DNA of 63,051 nt, filler included, from Ministeria vibrans ATCC 50519 (taxonomy: Eukaryota > Protista > Filasterea): assembly GCA_943704425.1 (NCBI GenBank). It is 4 parts of 4 records of this genome, joined end to end, with 100 filler letters (N's around TTAATTAATTAA, not from the genome) between each part and the next. Parts side by side here need not be neighbours in the genome. Positions count along the whole stretch, not along the records: positions 61,996 to 63,051 come from CALSCP010001270.1; 3 more parts are not named here. One strand, written 5' to 3'. Both the position numbers and the translations under genes were made by a program. The notes beneath the pieces were generated by a model, which was not told where the DNA came from, did no database searches, and was given only the letters and a program-made list of their open reading frames with translations. Position 1 is the stretch's first letter; every line of letters starts with the position of its first letter. Shown here one piece after another: positions 62,101-63,051 of this stretch.

Positions 62101-62316
62101 CTCTCGCCCAAGTTCAGTCAACTTTTGCGTCCCCTCGACACCCCAGTCGGGAGCGTATACACGCATTACGTCGGCGAGAGCTCGGTCAGCAGTGAATGCA
62201 TTGTAGTCCACCAGCGGTGTGCTCTGATTCTCGACGGCGTGTGTGCTCGAGTGACGGGAAGCAACGAAGCTCGACACACACCGTCGTGCTGCTTGAAGTG
62301 CAGGGTATGCTCGCAT
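62101..62316 (-). CDS. AidB-like acyl-CoA dehydrogenase, first exon with mitochondrial-type presequence (truncated)
   Basis: THAVENQSTPLVDYNAFTADRAL...W...LTELG resembles the AidB N-terminus THTVFNQPIPLNNSNLYLSDGAL; donor GAG|GTTAG. Confidence 0.75.
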
Positions 62317-62546
62317 TGACAGAAGAACCACACGAAAGCGCACCAGCCACGAGTATGTGTGCCAATGTCAGGCAACGTGAGACACAACACAGCCACAGCA
62401 GTCAACTAAAGTGTGTGAAGGCACTGGATTAAGATTTAAGAGCCCGTAACAATCGACAACTGTCTCTTTCGGAGTTCCACTTTCGTGAACTCTGAATAAC
62501 TCTTACTTCTTTTACTAATTTACGGTGTTATTGATTGCTCGTCATC

Positions 62547-62987
62547 ATGGGCCGATCACGACTTGACGAACTCAAGTCAGCGGTACGTCTTTCCTGAAGC
62601 CACAATACAATACAATACAATACAATACAATACAATACAATTCAATAAAAAAAAAAAAAAAAAGAATTCCCTTCCGCCTAATCTCCTCTCGTTGTCGCTC
62701 TTTGATCTTGCGTCCTCAATGCGAACCATCGCCTGATACCCCCTTTGCGCGCCATGCTATCCATCCTTCTGTCGCCGTCTCTCTCAAGTCCCAACGGCTT
62801 CTTTTTGATATTTTTGCCTTTTTCTCTCCTTTCCACTCTCCTCTAGGCGAAAGAAAAGGGTGTCGCCGACCCCACGGAGAGTGTGGACATTGGATTTGAG
62901 CACCAGAGTGCCCAAGAGTCTGATCCATTCATGGAGGACTTCTTTCACAAAGTCAAAGAGATTCGCCAGAACATGGACAAAATCGAG
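62547..62987 (+). CDS. Syntaxin-1-like plasma membrane Qa-SNARE, first two exons (continues past window)
   Basis: N-peptide MGRSRLDELKSA, intron 62583-62846, then FMEDFFHKVKEIRQNMDKIE (start of Habc). Confidence 0.85.
62602..62641. repeat. (ACAAT)n pentanucleotide repeat in syntaxin intron 1
   Basis: Read directly. Confidence 0.9.
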
Positions 62988-63051
62988 GTGAGTGAAGCGA
63001 CGGTGTCCGCGCACACGATGCAGCCCTGGTGTGCTGTGCCCAACCCCCCCC

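Noticed and set aside
39277-62547. Functional linkage of the giant gene with PRPF38B, AidB-like or syntaxin
   Set aside because: They lie on different contigs joined by spacers.

Overview
Eukaryotic nuclear DNA from a compact, intron-rich genome with short GT-AG introns full of (GA)n/(GT)n microsatellites. The gene set (PACS, WBP2, filamin-like, syntaxin-1-like, CDKL, NDC1) suggests a unicellular holozoan or related protist; this is inference. The window is four contigs joined by artificial 100-bp spacers (N44-TTAATTAATTAA-N44 at 27882-27981, 40502-40601, 61896-61995), so neighbourhoods across the spacers mean nothing. Contig 1 (1-27881): CNBD/EAG-like K+ channel, PACS, AFG3L2-like m-AAA protease, JmjC protein, PTAR1, a short filamin-like gene and the RAD50 3' part (both 5'-less, back to back), an mS31-like protein, AMP deaminase and UBA52. 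Contig 2 (27982-40501): GPN3 (5' part), WBP2, CDKL kinase, PPIH, ASCC1, NDC1 and PRPF38B. Contig 3 (40602-61895) is one reading frame of about 7,100 codons, open at both ends: about 17 glycine-rich repeats of ~400 aa followed by tenascin-like EGF repeats. It is the standout feature. Contig 4 holds the 5' ends of an AidB-like acyl-CoA dehydrogenase and a syntaxin. Exon boundaries were inferred by eye and all family calls come from remembered motifs, not database searches.
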